64,000 nt of DNA from Sedimentisphaerales bacterium (GTDB taxonomy: Bacteria > Planctomycetota > Phycisphaerae > Sedimentisphaerales > SM23-30). Of this stretch, positions 1 through 9,606 are shown in pieces. How positions within the stretch are numbered: position 1 is the stretch's first letter; the number at the start of each line of letters is the position of its first letter. The notes under the pieces were generated by a model. The model saw nothing but the letters and a program-made list of their open reading frames with translations, was not told where the DNA came from and ran no database searches. The position numbers were made by a program, and so were the translations under genes. The stretch lies in the NCBI GenBank assembly GCA_963663805.2, contig CAXXMR010000014.1:28030-92029 (forward strand), read 5' to 3'.

Positions 1-1
1 C

Positions 2-637
2 AAAGAATCACTCGAAGAAAAAGAACTCCTCCTCCGCGAAATCCACCATCGGGTCAAAAACAACCTCCAGCTTATCTCATCACTGCTCAGCCTGCAAAGT
101 TCTTTCAGCTCAGAACTTAACACCGACAAGGCCCTCGAACAATGTCAAGGACGCATCCGAACCATCGCCCTGGTCCACGACAGCCTCTACCAATCCGACA
201 ACCTGACCAGAATTAACCTCGCCGATTATGCCCAGAGGCTCGCCAGCGAAACCTTTTACGCCTTCAGCCTCGACCCCGAATCGATCTCGCTAATCTGCGA
301 TTGCGACCCCGTTATCCTGAATATCGACCAGGCAATACCATGTGGGCTGCTGATTAACGAATTAATTTCCAACGCCTGCCGACACGCATTTGCCCCAGGA
401 CGGCTGGGACGCATAGAGTTGAACATAAGTAACAGCCCTGAAAACAATATTAACATCGTCGTCTCAGATAACGGAATAGGACTGCCTGACGGAATTGACC
501 TCGAAAAACCCATGACACTGGGGTTCACACTGGTCAAAGGACTCATAAGACAATTAAATGCAAAAATGACTCTTGACGTAAACCACGGCACTTGTTTTAT
601 TATAGGATTTGGCAGAGCCGATGGCACGGAAGAATGA
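2..637 (+). CDS. sensor histidine kinase, C-terminal portion (5' end lies outside the window)
   Basis: The frame is open from the window edge and continuous with ORF 419..637. The H-box [20 protein letters not shown] is typical of HisKA_2/HWE-type kinases and is followed by ATPase motifs ([27 protein letters not shown]). Confidence 0.8.
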   Translation, partial: KESLEEKELLLREIHHRVKNNLQLISSLLSLQSSFSSELNTDKALEQCQGRIRTIALVHDSLYQSDNLTRINLADYAQRLASETFYAFSLDPESISLICDCDPVILNIDQAIPCGLLINELISNACRHAFAPGRLGRIELNISNSPENNINIVVSDNGIGLPDGIDLEKPMTLGFTLVKGLIRQLNAKMTLDVNHGTCFIIGFGRADGTEE

Positions 638-2228
638 TTCCAGGAGAATTGTTGTGTCTTCATATAAAATCATGATCGTCGAAGACGAAATTATCGTCGC
701 TCAGGACATCAGCCAGAGACTCTCCGGCTTGGGATATACCGTAATCGGTATCGCACTCAACGCCGACGAAGCCACCGACTTGGCCCGACAGGAAAAACCA
801 GACCTCATCCTGATGGACATTCGCCTGGCAAACAGCCTGGACGGCATCGAAACTGCCGAACGCATTAACCGGGAAACCGAAACGGCAATCGTTTACCTTA
901 CCGCCTTCTCCGACCGCGAAATTCTCGACCGCGCTAAAAACACCAGACCTTACGGATACCTCATCAAACCCTGCTCCGACAACGAACTCAGAGCCGCCGT
1001 CGAAATTGCCATCAACAAACATCGTGAGCATCAGGTCAAACAGCAGGAGCATACCAGACTCGAAGGAGCCTTTCAGAACAGCCGAAAAATGGTCTGCCAG
1101 GCCATCATCGCCAACCAGTCCAAAAATGAATTCCTTAGCGGCATGAGCCACGAAATCCGCCACCCGGCCAGTTCCATTCTGGGATTCAGCGAATTACTCG
1201 AACAACAGGAACTCTCCGAACAACAACGCGAATATGTGGAATTCATTTCTCAATCGAGCAAATGTCTAATCTCCATGGTCGATAACGTTATGGACCTCAC
1301 CCAGCTTGAAGCCGGCAAAATGGAGCTTAACATCTGCGACTGTCCCATCGGCGATTTGCTCAAAAAAGTCGCAGCTATCATGATGCCAGCCGCCCAGAAA
1401 AAACTATTGAAATTCGACATCCTCCGCGACAGCCGCCTGCCCGCCTCTATCCAGACCGACCCCACCAAACTTCAGCAGTGCCTGTTCCATCTCATTAACC
1501 ACGCCCTGAGAGTAACCGAGAAAGGCCATGTCTTCCTCCGCGTCAGTTGCGATAGAATTAAGGAACAGCTCTTCTTCAAGTTTGACATCGAAGACTCCGG
1601 CCCCGGTAGTACCCTCGGCGACCTCGATGAAATTTACACTTCCTTCTCACCGGACAACGGCAACACCGCCTCGCCGCGAGAAGGAACCCACCTCGGTCTG
1701 GCCATCACCCAAAAAGTCGCCCGACTGCTTGAAGGTAATCTGGAAATTAAAAATCAACCCGGCATGGGAACTGTCGCCTCACTGACAATCCCCGCCCAGT
1801 ATGAAGCCGGCCTTTCAACCCCCAGGACAGTTCCGACTGACGCCACCGAAAAAGCGTCAGGCCATGTCCTCATCGCCGAAGACGACCCCGCCAGTCAGAG
1901 ACTTATCCAGATTCTGCTCGACCGCATGGGACTCAAAACCACCATCGCCGCCAACGGCCGCGACGCGGTTAATCAATTCAACAGCCAAAGTTTTGACCTG
2001 GTACTCATGGACATTCTCATGCCCCAGATGGACGGCTACGAAGCAACCGCCATTATCAAAAAGAATTCTCACGTTCCCGTCATCGCCCTTACCGCGCTGG
2101 GTACAACCGGCATAAGAGAAAAATGCTTTGCCGCCGGCTGTGACGCGTTCATCGCCAAACCAGTTGACCGAACCGCCCTGCAAACTATCATCACCCAGCA
2201 CCTCAACTGCGTTACCCCCGCCAACTAA
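609..2228 (+). CDS. hybrid sensor histidine kinase / response regulator (REC-HisKA-HATPase_c-REC)
   Basis: N-terminal receiver ([22 protein letters not shown]), H-box [10 protein letters not shown], ATPase region ([13 protein letters not shown]), and C-terminal receiver ([24 protein letters not shown]). The start is uncertain (609 or an internal ATG near 672). The ORF overlaps the stop of the upstream kinase. Confidence 0.85.
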   Translation: MAEPMARKNDSRRIVVSSYKIMIVEDEIIVAQDISQRLSGLGYTVIGIALNADEATDLARQEKPDLILMDIRLANSLDGIETAERINRETETAIVYLTAFSDREILDRAKNTRPYGYLIKPCSDNELRAAVEIAINKHREHQVKQQEHTRLEGAFQNSRKMVCQAIIANQSKNEFLSGMSHEIRHPASSILGFSELLEQQELSEQQREYVEFISQSSKCLISMVDNVMDLTQLEAGKMELNICDCPIGDLLKKVAAIMMPAAQKKLLKFDILRDSRLPASIQTDPTKLQQCLFHLINHALRVTEKGHVFLRVSCDRIKEQLFFKFDIEDSGPGSTLGDLDEIYTSFSPDNGNTASPREGTHLGLAITQKVARLLEGNLEIKNQPGMGTVASLTIPAQYEAGLSTPRTVPTDATEKASGHVLIAEDDPASQRLIQILLDRMGLKTTIAANGRDAVNQFNSQSFDLVLMDILMPQMDGYEATAIIKKNSHVPVIALTALGTTGIREKCFAAGCDAFIAKPVDRTALQTIITQHLNCVTPAN

Positions 2229-2237
2229 ACAACAGCG

Positions 2238-3695
2238 TCAAAGCATCCGGAACACAAAATCGCCGCTTGAGGTCATATTATATTCCGCTGCGTCTTCAAC
2301 GCTGCTCAAACGATACCTGCCGTCGCCATCCCTGAAATTCACTTTCCCCATTTCGATTATCGTCACCCCGAAAGCATTACCCAGGTTATCCACAGTAACA
2401 TCCCCCAGCGTCAGCTTGCCTATCTTTGCCGCTGCGATATTACTGTTCACCATAGCGCCAAACCGAACCCGACCAATCAGACCAAAATCAGAAAAATCTT
2501 CACTGCTAGCCGGCAGCCCCGAAACAGAATCATCGATCCCGGCAAATACCATACTATTAATGATCGATTCCGCTTTTACACTACCGATAACTCCACCTGC
2601 CCGCAGATTGACATTCAACATGGAACCGCCAACCCGCAAATAGTCCAGCCCGCCGGCAACCATCAGGTCAGCATCAGAATACTCACCACCAACATAAATC
2701 TTCCCCGCATCCCCCACCCGTATACTGCCCCCACAATCTCCCGCAACCTTCAAACACCCCAGCTCACCCGCGGCAAAAAGAGAAAAACCATCATCAATCG
2801 AACCAGCCGAAATGGTCTTTACTCCCCCCAAAACATTCCACCCACCCGAACTTATCACTCCACCCACCCGAACCGAACCCAGAACAAAGTCATCAATATC
2901 TCCCGCCAGAGTAAGCCCCGCCGCAAAATCCTCCTTAACAACCAACCGCCCAAGCCCCGCCACCGCAATCATATCCATAACCATATCACTATCCCGCCAA
3001 CTATTAAGCGAAAGCGACTTAATCGGCGTCAAGGAAGTAATACTCAAATCAACCACATCATGTAAACGAATCTTCAATACCGAATCATCATCACTATTTC
3101 CCACATAAATAAGCTGCTGCGAACCAGTAATATCATTTAGCTCCAAAAGCGATAATGAACCATCAACGCTAAGGTTCCCACCCAGATTTACCTCCGAACC
3201 TTTCAGACTTCCCAAAGAACCATCGACATTAATATCTCCAATATCAGCCCGGCCGTCCCCGCCCTTAACCTTAAATATCAAAGAAGACTTATCATCGGAA
3301 TCCGACACTAAAATCTCAGAAATATTCACTCCGCCCGACGATAAAACCGTATAGTCATCACGATCAACTTCATAGCCAGGTTCGTTCCCAATAAACGTAA
3401 CACTCAGGGCCGCGTCGTTAATCCTGACTTTGACCAAACTATCGTCCGGCTCAACATACGTCACCGACGCTCCCGCTGCCAGATTAAGGACCAACGTCCC
3501 TTCCCCCCCGGAATCGAGCAGCAGCCGACCTTCGAGCATCTCCAGACCCAAATCTCCTTTTTCTGATTTGCATCTATCTCTAATCCAGCCAAATAACAAC
3601 ATTTTCAAGCCAACCCTTTTTTTGCCACGTTCCTTTCGATGAAATGTAGCTTGGCAGAGAAAAAAACACAAGCAAAACACCCCTTGAATAGGCAC
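2238..3695 (-). CDS. secreted/surface repeat protein of unknown function
   Basis: 485-aa ORF with degenerate Gly/Asp/Val-rich repeats that look beta-helix-like. It has an N-terminal LEMLEGRLLL motif of the LExRxLL type. GTG start with AAGGAG 5 nt upstream. Confidence 0.5.
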   Translation of the reverse strand: MPIQGVFCLCFFLCQATFHRKERGKKRVGLKMLLFGWIRDRCKSEKGDLGLEMLEGRLLLDSGGEGTLVLNLAAGASVTYVEPDDSLVKVRINDAALSVTFIGNEPGYEVDRDDYTVLSSGGVNISEILVSDSDDKSSLIFKVKGGDGRADIGDINVDGSLGSLKGSEVNLGGNLSVDGSLSLLELNDITGSQQLIYVGNSDDDSVLKIRLHDVVDLSITSLTPIKSLSLNSWRDSDMVMDMIAVAGLGRLVVKEDFAAGLTLAGDIDDFVLGSVRVGGVISSGGWNVLGGVKTISAGSIDDGFSLFAAGELGCLKVAGDCGGSIRVGDAGKIYVGGEYSDADLMVAGGLDYLRVGGSMLNVNLRAGGVIGSVKAESIINSMVFAGIDDSVSGLPASSEDFSDFGLIGRVRFGAMVNSNIAAAKIGKLTLGDVTVDNLGNAFGVTIIEMGKVNFRDGDGRYRLSSVEDAAEYNMTSSGDFVFRML

Positions 3696-3717
3696 TATAA
3701 CTCCTTATTCCCCGTCA

Positions 3718-3840
3718 GAAAACCGTTTTAAGTCCTTGAAAAACCAGAAAATTTGGGGAAAAAAGTGTGTTTTTTTTGGATTTTTGGGGGAGATTTTATG
3801 GTTTTTGGGTGTTTTTTTGGATTTTTTGACGTTTTTGGCG
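3718..3840. repeat. G/T-rich low-complexity stretch sharing word content with the 570-bp element at 28559-29127
   Basis: Shared strings in the same order as the long element: ccgttttaag, ggggaaaaaagtgtgtttt, tttttttggattttt, ttttttgacg. It is shorter and clearly more divergent than the two long copies. Confidence 0.5.
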
Positions 3841-3843
3841 AAG

Positions 3844-3910
3844 AAAAACTATACTATATTACCTTTTTGGGGGAATTTTAGGTAAAAAAGTGTTATAGAG
3901 TATAGTTTTT
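3844..3910. repeat. inverted repeat (12-bp perfect arms AAAAACTATACT / AGTATAGTTTTT) with a nested TACCT/AGGTA pair
   Basis: Read directly: arms at 3844-3855 and 3899-3910 with a 43-nt spacer. The spacer contains tacctttttgggggaattttaggta. Confidence 0.7.
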
Positions 3911-4292
3911 GTCCATATCGCACCGACCTGTCAGTGCGGGCGTTTGTCTTATAGGTGTCGTTCGCGATGGGCGTTTGGGTGGTTGTATGGTATGGTTTTT
4001 TGGGGGTCAAATTGAGCCTTGCAAGCGGTGGTTTTCCCTGCTAGTATTTATTTTTCTCGGCGGCGGGCCTGGGTCTGCTTTCGGGAGGCGATTAACATAA
4101 AGAAATATGCTGAGCAACCCAGCTCTGATGATGGGCCGACAGGGTCCGTGCGTTGCTTGAAAATAGACGATTCCGGTGCTGGGCCGGGTTCGGGAATGGC
4201 CGCGGGTTAATAATATCAGCCCGGCTTGTGGCTAGTCTGATTGAGTTACCGGATAAGCCCGCGACCCTTTCGAGGCAGGATAAAGGGCCTTG

Positions 4293-4562
4293 ATGGACCC
4301 CAAAGAAAGCAGCCTGGTGGAGGCGTTCGTTTCACAGCTAAGTGAAGAAGAACGCATGCTGATAATCCTCAAGCGGGAGCTGTATGACAACAGCTGGGAG
4401 GCGATGCTGGCGGATTTGCGTAACCGTCTGGATGGTCGCCCTTATATATTCAAGCTGGCTAACCGGATACGTGACGATATAGAGCGTATCGAGAGGCTGC
4501 GGGCTTTTGAAAATGACCATAAGGCTAATCTGGGTGATTATGTCAAACCGCCTACGCGGTGA
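4293..4562 (+). CDS. small hypothetical protein (~89 aa)
   Basis: ORF 4290..4562. An ATG at 4293 follows the TTG. The composition is charged and helical (EERMLIILKRELYDNSWEAMLADLRNRL). I recognised no family. Confidence 0.5.
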   Translation: MDPKESSLVEAFVSQLSEEERMLIILKRELYDNSWEAMLADLRNRLDGRPYIFKLANRIRDDIERIERLRAFENDHKANLGDYVKPPTR

Positions 4563-4580
4563 GAACGGTACATAAGACGT

Positions 4581-4625
4581 AAGAGATAAGAGATAAGAGA
4601 TAAGAGATAAGAGATAAGAGATAAG
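4581..4625. repeat. heptanucleotide tandem repeat (AAGAGAT) x ~6.4
   Basis: Six perfect consecutive units plus a partial unit, in the intergenic gap between the stop at 4562 and the GTG start at 4678. Confidence 0.95.
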
Positions 4626-4677
4626 CAAAAACGACAAGGCAACGACTTAATATTAAACACTATTTTCGGAGTTTAAG

Positions 4678-5769
4678 GTGTCAAAAAAATATATATTTTC
4701 TCTGCTGATGGCAACAATGATGTTTGTGGGCAGTTGGGCGGGTGCAGTTTCGGCGGCGGATGATTCCGAAAATGTTCTTACGGCTGTTCTGGAGAAGGCG
4801 GCCCTGAAGGTTGTCTGGCAAACTCAGTTTCCGCGTCAGAAGGGTGAGGTTTTTGAGCGGTTTTTTGTACATAGCGGGAATATTTATGCCCTGACCAAAG
4901 ACAACATTCTTCTGGCGGTGGACGCGGCGGAAGGGACATTCAAGTGGTCGTCGAAACTGGCGACATCTGAGCCGTTCTGTTCGGAGCCGTTTTATTATCA
5001 GGGTAAGATGCTTTTTGTGCTGGGCCAGCGGATTGTGGAAGTGCTGGAGCAGGACGGCAGGATTCTGATGAAGATGGATGTTGATTTTTCACCTTCGACC
5101 AACGCGGTTCGGAACGATGAATTGCTATTTGTGGGCTGTCTGGAAAAGCGGCTTTACGCGATTCGTCTGGCCGACAAGGTTCGGATCTGGCAGAGTGTAT
5201 TTTCCACTCAGCCGCTGGGTCGTCTGGCAATTCTGGATGATAAAGTTTATGTCGGCTGCGAAGACGGCAGTTTTTATGTTTCTCGTACCGAAACGAGAGA
5301 ATTGGTCTGGAAACTCGACACAGCGGGTCAGCTCACCGGTGCGGTAATTGCCGGCGATGAATGTTATGTACCAAGTATGGATACGGCCTTGTATTGTCTG
5401 GATGCCGGTAGCGGCAAGGCTTTGCGGCCCAAGTATCGCGCCGGCGGTTCACTGGCTGTTCTGCCGATCGTGACAGAAACGGCTATCTATCAGCCCATCG
5501 AACACAAGTCGCTGCTTTGCCTTAACCGTAACGATGGTACGGTTCGCTGGGAGCTTAATGATGGTGAATCGTTTCTGGCTGAAGGTAAAGATATTACATA
5601 CTGTGTCAGTCTCGATAACGAAGTCGTGCTGATGAGCAATGTTACCGGAAAGAAGGTCCTGGCTTTCCAGGTGCCCGGCGTGACGCTTTACGCTCCGAAC
5701 TCGGAGAGTTCGCGGGTTTATCTGGGAACCGTGGGCGGGAATGTGATTTGCCTGGAACAAAAAAAGTAA
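4678..5769 (+). CDS. PQQ-like beta-propeller repeat protein (BamB-like fold), secreted
   Basis: N-terminal signal peptide (LLMATMMFVGSWAGAVSA). Repeated ~40-aa units have the G.L.A.D...G...W pattern (LLAVDAAEGTFKW, LYAIRLADKVRIW, LYCLDAGSGK, LLCLNRNDGTVRW). Confidence 0.7.
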   Translation: MSKKYIFSLLMATMMFVGSWAGAVSAADDSENVLTAVLEKAALKVVWQTQFPRQKGEVFERFFVHSGNIYALTKDNILLAVDAAEGTFKWSSKLATSEPFCSEPFYYQGKMLFVLGQRIVEVLEQDGRILMKMDVDFSPSTNAVRNDELLFVGCLEKRLYAIRLADKVRIWQSVFSTQPLGRLAILDDKVYVGCEDGSFYVSRTETRELVWKLDTAGQLTGAVIAGDECYVPSMDTALYCLDAGSGKALRPKYRAGGSLAVLPIVTETAIYQPIEHKSLLCLNRNDGTVRWELNDGESFLAEGKDITYCVSLDNEVVLMSNVTGKKVLAFQVPGVTLYAPNSESSRVYLGTVGGNVICLEQKK

Positions 5770-5815
5770 TTGTCAGTTAAACGGGTATTAGAGCTTTGAG
5801 CAGAATGGAGTCGAG

Positions 5816-7438
5816 ATGGGTTCGGAATTGAAGATTAAACGTGCGTTGGTGAGTGTTTCTGATAAGGCTGGCGTGGTGGACTTTGCCCGCGGGCTGGTTG
5901 AGATGGGTGTTGAGATTATCTCAACGGGCGGAACGGCCAAGGCACTAAAGGACGGCGGCGTCGATGTAATCGGTATCGAAGATGTAACCGGTTTTCCGGA
6001 AATGATGAACGGGCGGGTCAAAACCCTGCATCCGAAGATTCACGGCGGGCTGCTGGCACTGCGTGATAACACTGAACATGTCAAAGCGATGACTGACAAC
6101 GAAATTACCGGTATCGAGCTGGTTTGCGTTAATCTTTATCCGTTTGAAAAGACGGTGGCCAAGGAAGATTGTGATTTCGCTGAAGCTATCGAGAATATCG
6201 ACATCGGCGGGCCGAGCATGGTTCGCAGCGCTGCCAAGAATCACAAGTTTGTGACGATCGTTACCGACGCTGGCCAATACGAAACTGTTTTGGCGGAAAT
6301 GAAATCTAACGACGGCAGTGTCAGTGACGCGACCCGGCGGGAACTGGCTCGCAAGGCTTTCGCATTGACGGCGGCTTATGATTCGGCGATAAGTACTTAC
6401 TTTGCGGAGCAGGCGGAAGTGCGGTTCCCGGAAAGTCTGACGCTGGCAGTGAAACGCGGGGCGGAATTGCGTTATGGCGAGAATCCTCATCAGCCGGCGG
6501 CGTTTTATCGTCTGGCCAAGGGTACGAACGAGCCTTGCGTGGCGGGTGCTCGTCAACTGGAAGGCGGCAAGCAGATAAGTTTTAATAATCTGATGGATAC
6601 GAACGCAGCGTTCGAGCTGGTCAAGGAATTTGATGAGCCAGCGGCGGTAGTAGTTAAACATATGAACCCGTGCGGCACGGCAGTTGATACTAATATCGTG
6701 GAGGCGTATCGCAAGGCTTATACGGCTGATGTGGTAAGTGCTTTTGGCGGTATCGTCGCTTTGAATCGGCCGGTGAATGTTGAACTGGCAGAAGCGATTG
6801 CGGAATCGTACGGTAAGTGGGGCAAGTCGCTGGGCGCGGGCGGGTTCTTTGCTGAGGTCATTATCGCTCCGTCGTTTGACGCTGACGCGGTCGAGCTGAT
6901 TCGCACCCGTAAACGCTGGGGCAAGGAAGATGTTCGCCTGCTGGAAACCGGACCTATCGACAGAACGCTGTTTGACAAAAACGAATATGATGTCCGCTGT
7001 ATCGTGGGCGGGCTGCTGGTACAGAATCGCGACCTTATCGGCTGGGAAGATGACCAGATTCAGTGCGTAACCAAACGCAAGCCGACCGGCGCGGAACTGG
7101 CTGACTTGAAGCTGGCGTGGACGGTTGTCAAACACGTTAAGAGTAACACAATTGTGCTGGCCAAGGACAAAGCGGTTGTGGGTGTTGGGGCAGGTCAGAT
7201 GAACCGGGTTGATTCGGGTATGCTGGCGATTCGTCAGGCGGGCGAGGGTTCTAACGGTTCAGCGATGGCGTCGGACGCGTTCTTCCCGTTCCCGGATAAT
7301 GTGACCCAGGCTGCCCAGGCGGGTATTCGGGCGATTGTCCAGCCGGGCGGTTCGAAGAATGACCAGTTGAGCGTAGATGAATGCGACAAGCATGGCATCA
7401 CAATGGTCTTTACGGGTAAACGTCACTTTTTGCATTGA
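5816..7438 (+). CDS. purH: bifunctional AICAR transformylase / IMP cyclohydrolase
   Basis: 540 aa. N-terminal MGS-like domain (KRALVSVSDK, GGTAKAL, GRVKTLHPKIHGG, VCVNLYPF) and C-terminal AICARFT domain (GAGQMNRVDS, ASDAFFPF). Confidence 0.95.
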   Translation: MGSELKIKRALVSVSDKAGVVDFARGLVEMGVEIISTGGTAKALKDGGVDVIGIEDVTGFPEMMNGRVKTLHPKIHGGLLALRDNTEHVKAMTDNEITGIELVCVNLYPFEKTVAKEDCDFAEAIENIDIGGPSMVRSAAKNHKFVTIVTDAGQYETVLAEMKSNDGSVSDATRRELARKAFALTAAYDSAISTYFAEQAEVRFPESLTLAVKRGAELRYGENPHQPAAFYRLAKGTNEPCVAGARQLEGGKQISFNNLMDTNAAFELVKEFDEPAAVVVKHMNPCGTAVDTNIVEAYRKAYTADVVSAFGGIVALNRPVNVELAEAIAESYGKWGKSLGAGGFFAEVIIAPSFDADAVELIRTRKRWGKEDVRLLETGPIDRTLFDKNEYDVRCIVGGLLVQNRDLIGWEDDQIQCVTKRKPTGAELADLKLAWTVVKHVKSNTIVLAKDKAVVGVGAGQMNRVDSGMLAIRQAGEGSNGSAMASDAFFPFPDNVTQAAQAGIRAIVQPGGSKNDQLSVDECDKHGITMVFTGKRHFLH

Positions 7439-7454
7439 GTGAAGATATAAGAAA

Positions 7455-8045
7455 TTAGAGTGTAAGGTTTTGCAGCAGGGTGTTGAGAACTTTGGGGAGG
7501 GGACAAAGCTCTTCGTCCTGCTCGGCGGTGAGGATTGCGCCGAAGATTGCGGCTTGAGTTAGTTGGGCGATAGTGGCTGCGTCTGATTGTTTGTTTATTT
7601 TTCCGGCGGCTTGGGCGGTTTGGGCGGCGGTTTGCCATTGGCTGATAAGCCATTTGAGGATTTCTGCCAATGCGGTTTTAAGTCTGCTCTGCGTGGTGGT
7701 TGTTTCATTGCTGAGTCGCAGAATGAGCAGGCAGTTGGTCCATTTGCCGGAGGTGTTCAGCTCTATTACCCGCTGGATAAGAGTCTGGAATTGCTGGTCT
7801 GGCTCGGTTCGCTCCCGCACAAAATCGAAAAGCTGCTGCTGGTATTCACGACGGGCCTGTTCGAGGATAGCAAGGGCAAGGTCTTCCTTGGAGCGGAAAT
7901 GGTGATAAAAGGCCCCCTTGCTGAGCGATACGGTGTCGAGCAGGTCGCTGGTGCTGGTATTGGCATAACCATGGAGGGCGAAAAGGGCGCGGGCGGATTC
8001 AATTATGTCAGCGTGAGTTTTTTGGCCTTGTTCGATTCTGTTCAT
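7455..8045 (-). CDS. TetR/AcrR family transcriptional regulator
   Basis: 196 aa with an N-terminal HTH (ARALFALHGYANTSTSDLLDTVSLSKGAFYHHFRSKEDL). Confidence 0.85.
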   Translation of the reverse strand: MNRIEQGQKTHADIIESARALFALHGYANTSTSDLLDTVSLSKGAFYHHFRSKEDLALAILEQARREYQQQLFDFVRERTEPDQQFQTLIQRVIELNTSGKWTNCLLILRLSNETTTTQSRLKTALAEILKWLISQWQTAAQTAQAAGKINKQSDAATIAQLTQAAIFGAILTAEQDEELCPLPKVLNTLLQNLTL

Positions 8046-8263
8046 TATCTGATCCTGTAAAAGACCGGGGCATTATATAGTGAAATTGCCAGTGATGCAA
8101 TAACGAAGAATGTTTGGGAGTTTAACCTCTAAACCAGATAAACTCAAAATTCAAAACAACACAAACAACGACAATATTTAGCCGCGGATTACGCGGATTT
8201 TTAACGGCAATTAATTTTCTTTCGCCCCTTTGGGGTCTTTTAAGAAAAAAGCTGTGAACGGTT

Positions 8264-8468
8264 TAGAAAACATAAAAATATGTAAGCGTTCACGGTATTT
8301 CAAATTGAGCGGCATCGATACGATTATGCTGCCCTTACAGGGCGAAAAGAATATGTTGGCCATGTTTTCCCAGGGTGTTGTTCGCTGTGCTCACTTTGCC
8401 CTGGGCTAAGTTATGTCGGCCTTTCAGGCCTAACAAAGAAGCAATTGGCTTACATCTTGCAAAAACGA
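8264..8468. repeat. hairpin-rich ~205-bp intergenic insert flanked by a perfect 10-bp direct repeat (GTGAACGGTT)
   Basis: Direct repeats at 8254-8263 and 8469-8478. Internal GC hairpins with 3-nt loops: gccct-tac-agggc at 8331-8343 and ggcct-ttc-aggcc at 8418-8430. A 7-bp pair cccaggg/ccctggg lies at 8369-8375 and 8399-8405. Subterminal inverted ATGTAAGC/GCTTACAT lies at about 8280-8287 and 8448-8455. Confidence 0.45.
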
Positions 8469-8724
8469 GTGAACGGTTACAGAATCTCAATTTTTAAACA
8501 ACGGCCTAAAATAACGGTTTTGGGTGGTCTAATCCCGGCGCTTGCGATTCGGGTTTTTGTTTGCCCCCCCTTACGTATGCGGTTTTGGTAAATTGTTGCC
8601 ATTTTGCGTAAAATTTCACTGGTAAGAGACTAAAAATGGTGGATTGGGAAATTTAGGCTTTGTAGGTAATAGCGAAGGTGTTATATTCGCCTGAGAAAAA
8701 GATTTTTGCAAGGATGGTGGAATA

Positions 8725-9117
8725 ATGACTGACATACAACCTATAATCACCATAGAACATCGGGGTGATGTAAAAATCGTGGTGATACTTGAAGAAAGCC
8801 TGCTCAGCGATGTTAATCTGAACCGGCTGGAAATGGCTTTGACACCGTTGGCACTGGTAGATGGGCCCATAAGGCTGATAATTGATTTTCACAAGGTCTG
8901 CTCGGTAAGTTCATCCGTGCTGGGTTTTCTGGTAACGTTTAAGAAACTAATAGCAGAGTATCAGGGTCGGCTGATACTCTGCTGTATCGAAAAAAAAGTT
9001 GCCAATGCCCCTTCGGACCGATATATTTATGAGTTGTTCAAAGTTGTCCAGCTCGATCGCTTCTTCGAAATTGCCGCTGATGTCGAAGAGGCTCTGGCAA
9101 AAATGAATCCGTCGTAA
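8725..9117 (+). CDS. STAS-domain protein (anti-sigma-factor antagonist-like)
   Basis: 130 aa with STAS-like architecture: beta-strand N-terminus, then DFHKVCSVSSSVLGFL resembling the SpoIIAA phospho-serine segment. It is a paralog of the next ORF. Confidence 0.7.
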   Translation: MTDIQPIITIEHRGDVKIVVILEESLLSDVNLNRLEMALTPLALVDGPIRLIIDFHKVCSVSSSVLGFLVTFKKLIAEYQGRLILCCIEKKVANAPSDRYIYELFKVVQLDRFFEIAADVEEALAKMNPS

Positions 9118-9127
9118 AGGACTTACC

Positions 9128-9508
9128 ATGAGTGAGACACAACCTACTGTCGCTGTGGAATACCGGGGCAAGGCGGCTGTCGTTACGGTTATCGTGGCTA
9201 ACATTCTCAGTGAGGATGAGCTTAATCGGCTGAAACAGGCGGTCAATCCGCTGCTGAGCGACAGTGGGCTGGTCCTCATTATGGATTTTACCGATGTGCG
9301 AAGTATTTCCTCATCGGTCATTGGGTATCTGGTTAGCTTGAAAAAGTATATTGACGGCAAGGGAGGGGTTTTTCGCGTTTGCTGTATAGACAAAAAAGTG
9401 ACCAGCACCAGTTCCGACAAATATGTCTACGAGATTTTCAAGATTGTCAAACTGGATACTTTTTTTCACATCTGTCCTACGGTTGAAGATGCTCTGGCAA
9501 GTTTCTGA
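9128..9508 (+). CDS. STAS-domain protein (anti-sigma-factor antagonist-like), tandem paralog
   Basis: 126 aa, collinear with 8725..9117 (DFTDVRSISSSVIGYL, CCIDKKV, YEIFKIVKLD). Confidence 0.7.
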   Translation: MSETQPTVAVEYRGKAAVVTVIVANILSEDELNRLKQAVNPLLSDSGLVLIMDFTDVRSISSSVIGYLVSLKKYIDGKGGVFRVCCIDKKVTSTSSDKYVYEIFKIVKLDTFFHICPTVEDALASF

Positions 9509-9511
9509 GGA

Positions 9512-9548
9512 CAAAAAAAAGTCGACTGAGCTTTGAAACCCAGTCGAC
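9512..9548 (-). terminator. intrinsic terminator for the minus-strand MCP gene
   Basis: On the minus strand, GTCGACTG-12 nt-CAGTCGAC (9521-9528 / 9541-9548) is followed by T8 (9513-9520). A second 7-bp hairpin lies at 9578-9597. Confidence 0.75.
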
Positions 9549-9606
9549 CTCGCATAGGTATTTAGTTATCGTCTTCAGGATGAAAAGAACTTCATCCCAA
9601 GTTTAA

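Noticed and set aside
3909-4210. ORFs 3909..4100 and 4019..4210 in the long intergenic region
   Set aside because: They are short, overlapping and Gly/Arg/Phe-biased, with no RBS and no motif. They are more likely non-coding leader or promoter DNA.
4581-4625. Possible CRISPR-like or coding repeat
   Set aside because: The 7-nt units are contiguous with no spacers and the region is intergenic, so this is a simple microsatellite. The minus-strand ORF 4338..4637 (LLISYLLSL...) is an artefact of the repeat.
5945-7135. 396-aa antisense ORF opposite purH
   Set aside because: This is a shadow ORF on the opposite strand of a confidently identified gene. Its composition is Arg-rich with no recognisable motif.
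8653-9420. Antisense ORFs 8653..8892, 8616..8870 and 8947..9420 opposite the STAS genes
   Set aside because: These are shadow ORFs. The plus-strand STAS paralogs are mutually supporting.
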